NCBI RefSeq assembly: GCF_001194135.2
Contig: NC_068989.1
Coordinates: 35,456,953 to 35,506,403 of the forward strand
Direction: 5' to 3'
Length of the DNA: 49,451 bases
Source: Octopus bimaculoides
Taxonomy: Eukaryota
Made by a program: the position numbers and the translations under genes. Of the stretch, positions 23,468-35,965 are shown piece after piece. How positions within the stretch are numbered: position 1 is the first letter of the stretch; each line of letters opens with the position of its first letter. The notes beneath the pieces are model-generated. The model made no database searches. It was not told the DNA's origin and saw only the letters and a program-made list of their open reading frames with translations.

Positions 23468-25205
23468 CTGAGAAGTCTGTTTAAATGCATGGTGTGAGAG
23501 ATGCAGGTATAGAAAGGTGAAGGATATACTAATGTAAAAGAATGCATATAGTGGTGTGAGAATAGAGGTAAGGTACAGTGAGTCTTACATTTTAGTCGAG
23601 ATCAGGGTTAATAATATTTCTGCGAAGGAGAGGTAGGGTGTGTGCTGTTTAAGTCCGTAATTCCAATCTTAGTCAAGCGCATTATTCACATGGGTGTTGT
23701 TAAATCAAGCAGATGTTATGGTTCTTTGGTACTGGCAGTGTAAGTAAAGGGGAGTAACTCTAAGTTTTGTTGAAGAGGGAGCTAACTCTGTCCTAGTAAA
23801 TAATTATACTTAGAAAATGAAAATTTTGTAGTGTGTAGATAAACTAGGTTATTTTCGTATTTTTTGTTTAGAAGACGTGTTGTAGCCGTTAGGATTTCGA
23901 GGCGTTCAGTTAGGTAAAGATCACAATGTCTGTTAATTGAGTTCTAAGAATTTGCTGTTCTGAGTATATGCCATTTTAGTTTGCTATATTATTGTCCTTT
24001 AATTCCCAGATATAGCTACTAAGTCCTGTTGAATTTGCCTTCTTTCTATTTCTAAAGCTAGATTGGTGTTCATTGTATCTAAGGCGTATTTGGTTTTTCG
24101 TGGCTGCAATGTATGATCTTATATGGCTGTTTGTGTGTACGTCACATTGGTAAACTACATTTTTAGTCTTACATCTTTTGGAGAAATTGCATTTATTCCT
24201 ATCCTTACAGCTACATAAATTGTAAGGGGTGTCTGTGTCGGTGTGTTGTTGTGTGGCCCTATTGTTTTTTTGGTGTGTGTCTCTGTTAGCAAGGGGTGTT
24301 GGATTAGGATTGGTGGTTTGTTCTATTTGTCGGACTGTTGTTGGTTTGGTTGTTCATGATCTTTCTAGCTGCATAGAATGCGTCTAATTTTTTATTATTA
24401 ATAGAGGCTATGATGGTAGCTAAGTTACATGTCAGTCTATGGCCAATTCTAATTTTGTTCTTAAATATTGCGACATATTTATTGTTTATATTTAGGTGTT
24501 TAATGAACGGACTATGTTGGATTTGAGGTTCATGGCGAAGGGGATAATTAACCAGATTGTATCACTATTGTGCTTTTTGTTATTACTGTTATGTCTGGTA
24601 TAGAACGTGTCATCATAGCTGGGAAGGCCAGTGAATTTGCCTTTGTGGCTATCTAATTTATTTCTATTGTTAGGTTTATTTTTAGTATGTGTCTTATCAG
24701 TGTTAGCTGGGTTAATATTGTTTGATTTTTGTCGGCCCGGCGTCAAGGGGTTGAGGCTTATAACAGGGTTTATTTTAGTTTGTTGGGTTTCGTTGTTAAT
24801 AATATTCTTATCTTTGTGTGGCTTAATATTGATCATGTTATGGTTGTTATTGTATTTCCGCTTCGTTGTGTTATTAGTCTTATTAATGCTAATATCATTA
24901 TTGGTATTGGTGTTTACGCTGTTGTTGGTATTTTTGGTGTTATGTGGGTTGGCTTTGGGATCCTTTGTATTACTATTATTTTTATTATGTTTAATTGTGT
25001 CCTTCTTATTGTTGGTGTGGTTTGCAGTAGGGTTTGGTGTATTATCATTGTACGTGTTAATATCATTTAGATTCCCTTTATTTCGGTCATTTGTATGGTT
25101 ATTGGGGTCTAGGTTTTTAATTTTATGGTTGAATCCTGCTTTATGTAGTGTGACATTATAGATTTCCTTGTGCTTATTAAAAATATCCTGGTTAGAGGAG
25201 AGGCG
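23416..25205 (-). mobile_element. 5'-truncated Penelope-like retroelement (RT C-terminus, N/T-rich linker, GIY-YIG)
   Basis: A minus frame is open over about 25200-24492 (SSNQDIFNKHKEIYNVTLHKAGF...IWLIIPFA). Then about 24225-23840 reads CSCKDRNKCNFSKRCKTKNVVYQC...YIAATKNQIRLRYNEHQSSF...LSSYIWELK...LLNKKYE. The 5' end abuts (TA)n. Confidence 0.85.
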
Positions 25206-25229
25206 TGATATTCTATTGCTTATACTATG

Positions 25230-25309
<80 letters not shown>

Positions 25310-25310
<1 letters not shown>

Positions 25311-25575
25311 AATCATCGTTTAACATATGCTTTCCATGCTGGCATGGGTGGGACGGTTTGACAGGAGCTGGCCAGGTTGCACCAGACTTTTGTGATTCTT
25401 TGTCAGAATTTTTACTGTTGGATGCCCTTCCTAACACCAACCACTCAGCAGAGTGGATTTAGTGCTTTTTATGTGGCACAAGCACAGGCAAGGTCAGTTT
25501 TGGCAAGGTTTTTTACAGCTGGTTGCCCTTCCAAATGCCAACTACTTTACAGTGTGGACTGGATGCTTTTTAAGT
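25310..25575 (-). mobile_element. RTE 3'-tail-derived repeat; other copies or fragments at 27414-27452 (+), 29908-29950 (-), 31650-31825 (+), 34975-35060 (+)
   Basis: (ATC)n-GTTTAAC..CTTTCCATGCTGGCATGGGT.GGAC.GTTTGAC..GATGCCCTTCCTAA matches the 3' end of the RTE at 47950-48108. Confidence 0.75.
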
Positions 25576-26181
25576 GGCATCTGCACTGACAGAGAAAAGG
25601 GGGCAGAGGTGATCTTGTGTCAGATGATGAAAGGTTATAGTGAAACAGAGAGACAGAAACAGGTGTGTTCCTGTAGAGGAGGTACACGGTTACCTAACTG
25701 GAGAGAGAGAGAGAGAGATCAGGAATGAGGACAGAAACAGGTGTGCTGCCGCAAAGGGGAAGCATAGTTACCCAAAGGAGATACACGGTTACTCAACCTG
25801 AGGGAAGTGCAGGAGAAGGAGAGAGAGAGTGAGAGACATCAGGATAGAGATGGTAGCAAAGTGCCGAACATACAAGGGACAGGGATCAGAATATAAATGG
25901 GATGATCAAGTAAAGGCAGAGAGAGAAACAGATGGTGGCAAGAGCCAGGGCATAACCCTTGAGGTTCAAAAGTCATAATATAAGTGGCAGGATATTGCCA
26001 AAGAAGCATGATTAGAGAGTGAGGAGGGGAAGTGAGTGGTGAAAACCTGGGTATATAGAGTGAGGGAGGGGGCTACCAAATAGCAATGATACAGAGAAAC
26101 AGCCGTGAGGAAAGAATTGGGGAGTGAGAGGTAGGCATAGTGCATGAAGGAGGAAATGTAATGAAGAGAAGATATGTATAT

Positions 26182-26234
<53 letters not shown>

Positions 26235-26253
26235 ATATATACACACACATGTT

Positions 26254-26371
26254 AGAAGTAAATAGACACCCCATACAACATCGTTTTCTGTTTATTCTAA
26301 CTTGTAATGGTTTATGTATAATTTCAGATTTAAATAAATTTTAATGATTATAAGGGTGTCTATTTACTTCT
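26254..26371. mobile_element. Small MITE-like element with 18-bp perfect inverted repeats
   Basis: AGAAGTAAATAGACACCC (26254-71) and GGGTGTCTATTTACTTCT (26354-71), embedded in CA/TG microsatellite. Confidence 0.55.
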
Positions 26372-26395
26372 TTCATGTGTGTGTGTGTGTGTGTG

Positions 26396-26447
<52 letters not shown>

Positions 26448-26725
26448 TACTATCTTGTACTAAAATAAAGAAATTGATATCAGTTGTTAGTAAACAAAGT
26501 GATGGCTGTAATGAAGACGAGGATGCTAAACTAACTACTTGGATATATCACAGCCATCTGTTGAAATATCCTCAGGTTTACTGTTCTTCATTAGTCTAAG
26601 TGTGATAAATTAAATACCTGAAATATATTATGATTAAGTCAATTGATTGTACTCAGGACTGATAATTATCCTCCTTTCTTTTTTTAGGTCATTGCAATCA
26701 TCTGGTTCACCTTGAACATAAAACC

Positions 26726-26807
26726 ATGAAGAAGCATTTGCAGATACGGACTTTGATGATCCATAAGGGAGAAAATATGGAGACTACCCTATTCCGTCTG
26801 GAGAAAG
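26726..26807 (+). CDS. AGL: Glycogen debranching enzyme, first coding exon (exon starts 26688 after tttttAG; 38 nt 5' UTR part)
   Basis: AAAACC-ATG at 26726 reads MKKHLQIRTLMIHKGENMETTLFRLEK-G, which aligns with the human AGL N-terminus ([28 protein letters not shown], recalled). Donor G|GTAAGT at 26808. The exon has 82 coding nt and ends in phase 1. Confidence 0.9.
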
Positions 26808-28399
26808 GTAAGTTGAACAGTTTTGATTATGTTTGAACATGACTGGAAGTATTCATAGAAAGTTCTGGCTGTTCAGTTAAATATTTATATATATAATATA
26901 GAAGGGATTTTAATCCAAGCTGTGTTTTCATGAAGCACATCTATTCCAGTAATCAAGTGTATGTACATATATGTTTTATTTTAAAAGAGAAAATCAGACA
27001 TATAATTCAAGATTCCTGGTGAATTATATTTGCTGCATAAGTATGTAATAAATGCAGACTGAAATATGTAGTACCATTTTAACCCTTTAGCATTCAGATT
27101 ATTCTGTCAAATGTAATGCTTATTTATTCACACTGCTTTGAGTTAACCATGTATTATCTCGTGGTTTTGGTGTTTCAATGATGTAATTGTTTACTTTTAG
27201 AATAACATTGTAGGGTAGATGTGAAAGGCTGGATCTGGCCAGTTTGAGGATAAAACAGGTAGAATATGTGGTGTTATGGGCTGTGACGAGCTATGTGTTG
27301 AGGTGGAGAGGGGNNNNNNNNNNNNNNNNNNNNNNNNNNNNNNNNNNNNNNNNNNNNNNNNNNNNNNNNNNNNNNNNNNNNNNNNNNNNNNNNNNNNNNN
27401 NNNNNNNNNNNNNATGGAAAGCGGACGTTAAACGATGATGATGATGATGATGATATATATCTTCCTTTCTACTTCTTTGTATTCATTTGTGTGTGTGCAT
27501 GTGCACATGTGTGGATGTGGGTGTTATACTAACAAACATTATTTCTAGAGAATATGTCTTATAGCATATATATTTAGTTCTTGAGCAAGGTAGTTTATTC
27601 AGCTTTCTTTATAGTTAAGTGAGAGCTAACATATTTAATGTAGTGAAGCTCTTCAAAATCTTCAGATCAATTAAAATTTCTATCATAAAGGTAAAGAAAA
27701 ATCATTAATATTAATGGCAACTGTTGTCCAAACAATGCGTTGGAAACAACTTCAAAGCCTAAATTAATTAATCAAATGGGGCTTGCAGTGAAGAGTAGTC
27801 TGATTTTAGGTAAGTTTAGAGACAACTCCCGACATGTTTCAGCCTTATTAAATCACTTCAATGATATATAATGTTACTCATACATAACAGAACTTATAGT
27901 AACTGAGAATGTAAAAATTTTAAATAAGAATAAACATTAATTAGACAGTTTGAAATAAAGAAAATTTCTCTGGATGCCTACAGCATGAAAATCATTTTTA
28001 ATGGGAGGGGGCAATAGTTCATTTGAAGAGGCTCACCCTCACCAATGTTTTTTTATTAAAATTACACTTGTAACGAAAAAAAAAATTTATAAGCCATAAT
28101 GATAATTCTTGGGAGTGACAATTCTGAAATTCAAATTAAGTAAAAGTTGAAGCTAGGAATGTGAAGAGAAAAGAGGTAGGTTTGTGGTGCGTATGGGAGA
28201 CAACTCCAGAGTATTGTCTTGATTTTAAAAATTAAAAATACAAAATAAGAAATAAAATTTATTAGAAGTGTACTAAGTAGCATTGAATGAAGTATAGGTG
28301 TGTGCAATAATATTTAACATGTTCATGGACACTTGAACATGGAAAGATACTGCTGAAATTGTCTTCATAGCCTAGTGGTATGTTTTTTTGCACATATTC

Positions 28400-28603
28400 T
28401 TTTATTCATTTCAGTCATTTGACTGTGGCCATGCTGGAGCACCGCCTTTAGTCGAACAAATCGACCCCAGGACTTATTGTTTGTAAGCTTAGTACTTATT
28501 CTATCATTCTCTTTTGCCAAACTGCTAAGTTACAGGAACATAAACACATCAGCATCGGTTGTCAAGCGATGTTGGGGTGGGGACAAACATAGACACAAAC
28601 ATA

Positions 28604-28673
<70 letters not shown>

Positions 28674-28754
28674 CAATGGGCTTCTTTCAGTTTCCGTCTA
28701 CCAAATCCAAGGCTTTGGTTGGCCCGAGGCTATAGGAGAAGACACTTGCCCAAG
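28400..28754 (-). mobile_element. tRNA-derived SINE (OK-like), 5'-truncated, with internal (TA)n
   Basis: The reverse complement reads TTGGGCAAGTGTCTT...GGTAGACGGAAACTGAAAGAAGCC...(TA)n...GATAGAATAAGTACT...GGTGCTCCAGCATGGCCACAGTCAAATGACTGAAA. Confidence 0.8.
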
Positions 28755-29954
28755 CCATATTGTTCTGGGTTCACTCTTGCACCTATCCACACAGTCACTC
28801 CTGCGCCTATTTTTTCTCTCAAGACAATTTCTGCAACATATGTCTTGCTGAGCCTGAGTGCACACAGACATATCAAATATTATTGTACACACCCATTAAA
28901 GAAAACTATTTCTAGTTTGGTTGTTAATAAAGTTATTCAGTACTGTAAAATATATTAATTTTTTTAAAATTTTAGATTTAATGTTTATTGTTAGTTTTGT
29001 GTATGAACTTGTGCACAAAGTATTATTGTAAAAGTTTAAGTAAGCAATCATCTGGGGTCTAGAAGTGGATTAATCCATTTTACATTGATTTCTATGGGAA
29101 AAATAGTTTCAGTTTATGAACATCTCAGTGATGAATGGCCTTCAGGAATGAATTAAATTCATGAACTGAACTGAGGTTCCTCTGTATGTCAACATATTGC
29201 ATATTAACAATTATTATTATATATTTATTGTGTAATTATTAATATCCAAGGTATTAATATATCAGCATATAACTGATGATTGGACTGTCTGTCCAGTCAT
29301 CAGTTCTTACATAGAGAAGCAAATAGAAAATGTATATATAAAAAGGACAAACATATATTTTTTTTATTAGTAAGCATCTGTTGGCCTACACTATTTCAAC
29401 TGTGTATAGTTTTAGTTAGATGCAGCTCCTGATGTAAACTAATCACAGAGAGTTATAAAGACATTCGTCATTCAGTAAATGTGATGTTTGCACTTAGTTG
29501 TAATCACTGACTTTGCTCTGCTTTCTCACAATCTTTCTTAGGATCTTTATGGCAACAATAATAATAAACACATGCACTGGTTCAATATCACATCATTACT
29601 GTTAGTCAATAGGTTAATTATATTATCAACTTGTTTGCCTAATATGCTAGTTAAACAATCAATTAGTTGTTTTGTTTTTCAAGCTCCCATCAATGACATC
29701 CCCTCACATTTTCAGGTCTATTGTGGGGTGGAAAGTATTAATGAGGAACATGAAGGAAGTAAGTTTCTCATAAGACTGGTGATATCGATATAATCATGTA
29801 TCAAAGGTAAAGCCGTTATGTAGGGTGAGGTAGAAAGAGGTTTTTAGGATAGAGTCATTGAGTAGGAAGAGAGTTTTAAGTCCTAGTGTAATATTTGTAT
29901 GTGTATGTCATCATCATTTAACATCCATTTTCCATACTGGCATGGGTGTGACTA

Positions 29955-29996
<42 letters not shown>

Positions 29997-30008
<12 letters not shown>

Positions 30009-30150
30009 GCACTCCGTCGCTTACGACGTTGAGGATTCCAGTTGATCTGATCAACGTAACAGCCTGCTCGTGAAATTAACGTGCAAGTGGCTGAGCACTC
30101 CACAGACATGTATACCCTTAACGTAGTTCTCGGGGATATTCAGCGTGACA
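29997..30150 (-). mobile_element. 3' end of the same SINE family as 401-691, running into a gap
   Basis: The reverse complement closely matches 555-691. Confidence 0.85.
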
Positions 30151-30410
30151 NNNNNNNNNNNNNNNNNNNNNNNNNNNNNNNNNNNNNNNNNNNNNNNNNN
30201 NNNNNNNNNNNNNNNNNNNNNNNNNNNNNNNNNNNNNNNNNNNNNNNNNNNNNNNNNNNNNNNNNNNNNNNNNNNNNNNNNNNNNNNNNNNNNNNNNNNN
30301 NNNNNNNNNNNNNNNNNNNNNNNNNNNNNNNNNNNNNNNNNNNNNNNNNNNNNNNNNNNNNNNNNNNNNNNNNNNNNNNNNNNNNNNNNNNNNNNNNNNN
30401 NNNNNNNNNN

Positions 30411-30442
<32 letters not shown>

Positions 30443-31103
30443 CGTAAAAATAAATACAAAAAAAGGGTTTTGTATGATCGTACACTAGCAGCTAAGCCCG
30501 GTTTCACCCTGTCGGTTTGGATGATGTGGCTATAAAACCTGCTCTGTGTAAGCATTCAACTTGTTTGGGCACGCTTATGTTAAAAGTCAATTTTAGAATG
30601 ACTTTTTTCTGTCAAAATGCTAAAAATAATTGACCCCACCCAAAAAAAAATCAACCAAGATACAACCAAATCAAAAAATAAACCCAAATACTGAGCAATC
30701 AAAGATGAACCATCCTACTTCCATTGCACATGCACACACACAAACACACATACACACACATTCACATACCCCATTTTTTTATACACACACATATATTCAC
30801 ATAGAGTTGAAATGCTGTTTGATTTATTTTTTTCAGCATACAATTTTCATCATTCCACTACCAAGTATGACACCACCCCTTCCTTCCTTATTCATCTATC
30901 ACTCCTTCCTTTCTCATTCATAAATACAAGAGTATTATTATAGTAGATTATCTCGGTAACCATGGGAGGTATGAAAAAAATACAAAGCCCAGCATCACCA
31001 CCAGATCATTCTACACATCTGTGTAATTTTTCGTGCAATTTCACCCAGCCGTTTGACCGTGAATCCCAAGACAAGAAAGAATCGCCCACGTCAAATTTAT
31101 ATG

Positions 31104-31161
<58 letters not shown>

Positions 31162-31962
31162 ACGTTAATCAATTATAAATTCATAAATTGGTCAGATTCT
31201 GTTTATCACAGATGACAAGTTTAAGCTTCAATGATCAATTGTTTTTATTTTTGCAACTGAACTCTTATTGATGTTCACATGGTACCATAACTATTATTAG
31301 ACTAGTGGCATCTGATATGCTATAATATTAAACAAGATCAATACTTTTCTGCTCTGTAGCTGTAACTGCAACATGTCATTGCTTTTAATTTAACTATGAG
31401 GATAATTCAAGGGATGCATGCTGAACAGCAAGAACCCAAACATTCTTAACATCTGGCTGATTTGAATGTGAATATGAATATGAAAACAAAAGCAATCAAA
31501 TATTTGTGCTTGAATCTGCCAGAACACATTAAGAATGAATAGATACATTATTGTTTATGAAAGAGATGACTAAGCACCAAGATATCTGGCACATTGCTGT
31601 ACTCAAGAAGACCTGTCTGCTACAACAAAATTGATAGAAGTGCTGGTACCACATAAAACGCACTCAGTACACCCTGTGGGGTGGTTGGTGTTAGGAAGGG
31701 CATTCAGTCATAGAAACCATTCCAGAACAGACAATGGAGCCTGGTGTGGCCCCTGGCCAGTCAAAGCATCCAACGCATGCCTGCATGGAAAACGGACATT
31801 AGTTGATGATGATGATGATGATGATTCTTGTTGTTTTGCATGTACCCATTAAATTATCATCTGTTTGGCAGACATCAGAGTACGTTAGCAAATAATTTGT
31901 TTTGCTGATTCCTATAAACAAGTGTTTGTGCTCTTGTGAGATTCATCTGTCTGGCAGGATAA

Positions 31963-32013
31963 CTTCAACTGAAGAGACTCTCACTGAGCTCAAGACACTA
32001 CAGTGTCTTGAAG
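31963..32013 (+). ncRNA. Degenerate type I hammerhead motif (~299-bp family), AGL intron
   Basis: CTTCAA-CTGAAGA-GA(CTC/GAG)TC-AAGAC-ACTACAGT-GTC-TTGAAG. Helices I and III (ACAC/GTGT) are perfect and the triplet is GUC, but GAA is mutated to AAG. Confidence 0.6.
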
Positions 32014-32852
32014 TCCTCTTACACTGATGAATTGCATGTGTGATGAACACATATCATCTAAAGAGAGGTGTTCTCTGTTGATGGAAAACAACTGTGATCA
32101 GATTTCACATTTGAATCTGCTTGACCACATTATAAGAATGAGCATGTTATTAATTATGAGTCTTTTTTTTAGAAAGTGTCTGTGATGTTGAGCAGAAAAT
32201 CAGAAATGATGTGGTGCAAAGAATAAGTTGTTAGGTTTTTGGATAAAGAATCTTCATTTCAAAATACATCAGTTATTGATATTATGGCTGACACTTCTCT
32301 GTAGAAATAGCAACCAAATCTCCCTTGAATCAGATCCTGATGTCTTTAAAAAAAGACAGACATGTTGAAGAATGCAATCCTAAACATACAAAGAGATAGT
32401 ATGGTCACAGTTGGAATGCCTTTTAGCATAAGTCTTCTCAATCAACATCAGCCCTAAATATCCTCCAGATGAGTAAAATTTAATGACATCACAGACTAAA
32501 TGAATATTGATTTCAAATTTTGGCACTGGGCCCACAATTTTAGAGAAGGGGGTAAGTCAGTTACATCAACTCCAGTATTCAACTGGTACTTATTTTATCA
32601 ACCCTGAAGGGATGAAAGGTAAAGTCAGCCTTGGCCAAATTTGAACTCAGGATGTGGAGATGGAGAAAATGCTGGTGTGCTAACAATTCTGCCAGCTTGC
32701 CACCTTGACAATGAATTTTGAAGTTTAATGATGTAAAGAATTAATTCTTTACTCAAAAACAAATGAATGAATGAATGAAGAGAGTAGGAGCCAAAAAATA
32801 TTGGTGTGGTGGTTTTACCATTATCTTATTACCTTTTTTTTTCGTCTTACAG

Positions 32853-33075
32853 ACTGGATTCTTCGTTTTGTGCTCGGGCCAACATTACAAGCCGATACGG
32901 TTAGAATTTTTACTAACCACCCAGAAAATGATAAACAAGCTTTTAAACGAGACCAGTACCATGAGCTGCAGTGGGAGAGCCCGTGTAGCACCAAAAGTGA
33001 TCGCCATGATGCTTATGTTGATGTTCACATTGTGTTACCTGGCTCTTTCAATTATTACTTCACAATTGACAACAG
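32853..33075 (+). CDS. AGL: Glycogen debranching enzyme, coding exon 2
   Basis: Polypyrimidine tract plus ttacAG at 32851-52. Reads (D)WILRFVLGPTLQADTVRIFTNHP...GSFNYYFTIDN, similar to AGL YELQFRLGPTLQG...GSFQYYF. Donor AG|GTGAGT at 33076. 223 nt, phase 1 to phase 2, in frame with both neighbouring exons. Confidence 0.93.
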
Positions 33076-33877
33076 GTGAGTTTAAGTGTCTGTTCAGTTT
33101 TATTTATACTTGATGTTCAATGAACTCATATTTTCAATGGTAAATGCATAGTAAAACAATACATGCATGTGTGAGTGTACTTATATNNNNNNNNNNNNNN
33201 NNNNNNNNNNNNNNNNNNNNNNNNNNNNNNNNNNNNNNNNNNNNNNNNNNNNNNNNNNNNNNNNNNNNNNNNNNNNNNNNNNNNNNNNNNNNNNNNNNNN
33301 NNNNNNNNNNNNNNNNNNNNNNNNNNNNNNNNNNNNNNNNNNNNNNNNNNNNNNNNNNNNNNNNNNNNNNNNNNNNNNNNNNNNNNNNNNNNNNNNNNNN
33401 NNNNNNNNNNNNNNNNNNNNNNNNNNNNNNNNNNNNNNNNNNNNNNNNNNNNNNNNNNNNNNNNNNNNNNNNNNNNNNNNNNNNNNNNNNNNNNNNNNNN
33501 NNNNNNNNNNNNNNNNNNNNNNNNNNNNNNNNNNNNNNNNNNNNNNNNNNNNNNNNNNNNNNNNNNNNNNNNNNNNNNNNNNNNNNNNNNNNNNNNNNNN
33601 NNNNNNNNNNNNNNNNNNNNNNNNNNNNNNNNNNNNNNNNNNNNNNNNNNNNNNNNNNNNNNNNNNNNNNNNNNNNNNNNNNNNNNNNNNNNNNNNNNNN
33701 NNNNNNNNNNNNNNNNNNNNNNNNNNNNNNNNNNNNNNNNNNNNNNNNNNNNNNNNNNNNNNNNNNNNNNNNNNNNNNNNNNNNNNNNNNNNNNNNNNNN
33801 NNNNNNNNNNNNNNNNNNNNNNNNNNNNNNNNNNNNNNNNNNNNNNNNNNNNNNNNNNNNNNNNNNNNNNNNNNNNN

Positions 33878-34644
33878 CCAGATCATCACAGATCCTCCTC
33901 CATGTTTAACAGTTGGAAGAAGGCAGTCTGTGTCAAATGCTTCTTTTGGCTGTCTCCACATGTATACTTGGCCAGTGGTCGGAAATAAGGTAAAGGATGA
34001 CTCGTCTGAGAAAATAACATACTTCCACTGCTCTTGGGACCAATTCTGTAGGTTTTTACTCCACTCTAAACACTTTGCAATGTTTGTTTTTGAAAGTAGT
34101 GGTTTTTTGATTGCAGTCCTCCCCAGAAATCCAGCTTTATGCAGCTCCCAGTGAACAGTTTTTGTGGAAACTGGGTTCACGAAGTGGTCATTAAGCTCTG
34201 CAGTAATTTTGGGAGCTGTACTTTTGTGATCCTTTCTAACAATTCACGTAAGAGTCTGACAGTCCCTATCTGAAAGTTTTGGTTTTCTTCTGGAGTTTTG
34301 TTTTGACGAGGTTTTTCCCTTTTTCTCAAAGGCTGTCATTACTTTTGAGACAGTGCTTCTTGATACAAAACATTTTGGCTGTTTTTGTTATGGTAGTGCC
34401 TGCCATATGAGCACCAACAATTTGACCTCTTTGAAAGTCATATAGTTCTGTCATTTTAGTGAATTTTAACCCCCTTTTTCTGATGATATCTGAAAAGAAA
34501 CAGCAATTTTAGCAAATCATATTAAGCAACACTAATAATAAATCAAAAAAACATAAAAATAAACAGGCTTTTGATGGTTTTATAGATATTTCAGAATTAT
34601 GATGCCATGATGCTAGGTGTTTCCATTATTTTGTCCAACCCCTG
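33878..34644 (-). mobile_element. Tc1 transposon, 5' part; the remainder lies in the gap 33187-33877
   Basis: Terminus TA-CAGGGGTTGGACAAAATAATGGAAAC on the minus strand at 34646-34619. The ORF reads KKPLLS...VIFSDESSF...PTVKHGGGSVMIW. Confidence 0.88.
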
Positions 34645-35178
34645 TATATACATACACACACACACATATATAATAATAATCATCATCATTATCATAACTT
34701 TAGTATTCACTTTTCCATGCTTGCTTGCACAGGAGAGACAGAATTCATTGAAGCAAATTTTTATACATCTGGGTGCCCTTTCTGTTACCAACCCTCACCT
34801 GTTTTCTAGCAAGGTAAGTTAATATTTCACCATGGCCACACATATTTTCATGAGAGACTGGAAATAAACAACATTGCTTGCATGATGATGATACTCATTT
34901 ACAACCATCATGTGATGTCATGACAAGGATGAACACAAACCGACATACACACAGGTGACAGTTGGTGACAGGAAGGAAATCTGGCCATAGAAAATTTGTT
35001 TCAACTAATTCCGCCTAACCCATGCAAACATCAAAAGTAGACATTAAAACGATGATGATAATAATGGTGACAAAAGAAAAAAGAATTGATTATTTATTAT
35101 GATAACTGTTGTTTTAATTATTGGTGGTGAGTGACATCATTTAATATTAATAATTCTTGTGTTTTCATTTATTTTTAG

Positions 35179-35734
35179 TGACAGCATCCTCAATGCCAAT
35201 GGTAAAGGATATTTCCTAGTTGATCCAGTTCTACTTGTGGGAACTGATGAAGAATTAACCATGGACTGTTTACAATGTCAGACTGTCTTGGCTAAATCGT
35301 TGGGACCGTTTGCTGAATGGAAGTCTCGTTTGGAAGTTGCTAAACAAACTGGTTACAACATGATTCATTTCACACCTCTGCAAGAGCTTGGTGTTTCCAA
35401 TTCCTCATATTCTATTAGGAATCAGCTGAAAGTCAATCCAATCTTCAGCGAAGGTATTGAAATAACATTTGATGAAGTGGAGAGTTTTACTCGCTGGTTG
35501 AATAAAGAATGGAAGATACTTACTGCAAGTGATCTGGTGTTCAACCACACTTCTAAGTGCAGTTCCTGGCTGCGAGAGCATCCTGAGTGTGCATACAACT
35601 TGCAGAATTCTCCCCACTTGAAGCCTGCTTTTATTGTTGACAGGATCTTCCATTATTTCTCTTTGGAAGTCTGTAGTGGACAATGGACGAATAAAGGTGT
35701 TCCTCCTGAAGTTAATACTGAACATCACCTAAAT
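35179..35734 (+). CDS. AGL: Glycogen debranching enzyme, coding exon 3
   Basis: Acceptor tttttAG at 35177-78. Reads GKGYFLVDPVLLVG...LAKSLGPFAEWKSRLEVAKQTGYNMIHFTPLQELG...DLVFNH...[18 protein letters not shown], including the GH13 DxVxNH motif. Donor AAT|GTGAGA at 35735. 556 nt, phase 2 to phase 0. Confidence 0.96.
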
Positions 35735-35927
35735 GTGAGAATTCTTCTGTCTTTTATTCTTCTGCATCTTATCAAGCCGTACAATATTAAACTCTTAAGT
35801 TATCATTCACATATTTGATGTAAGGAGCTTAATAAAACTAATTAGCGATAATTATGAAATGAGGAAAAAGTTATGTTCTTAATGACTAATATTGTTTTCA
35901 TTATTTTGAGAAATATGATAAGTAACT

Positions 35928-35965
35928 CCAGACATGTTTCAGTATTATTCTTACTTCATCAGTGA
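35928..35965 (-). ncRNA. Minimal hammerhead motif with intact core and weak helix I; degenerate homologue at about 27826-27865 (-)
   Basis: The minus strand reads TCA-CTGATGA-AGTA-agaataa-TACT-GAAAC-AT-GTC-TGG, with a palindromic helix III (ACATGT). Confidence 0.6.

Noticed and set aside
24631-25161. 176-aa highly hydrophobic + strand ORF that looks like a membrane protein
   Set aside because: It is the antisense shadow of the Asn/Thr-rich PLE frame on the minus strand. The same applies to 40864-41179.
25205-25462. ORFs rich in YIYIYI, CVCV or THTH (many across the window)
   Set aside because: These are translations of (TA)n, (TG)n and (CA)n microsatellites.
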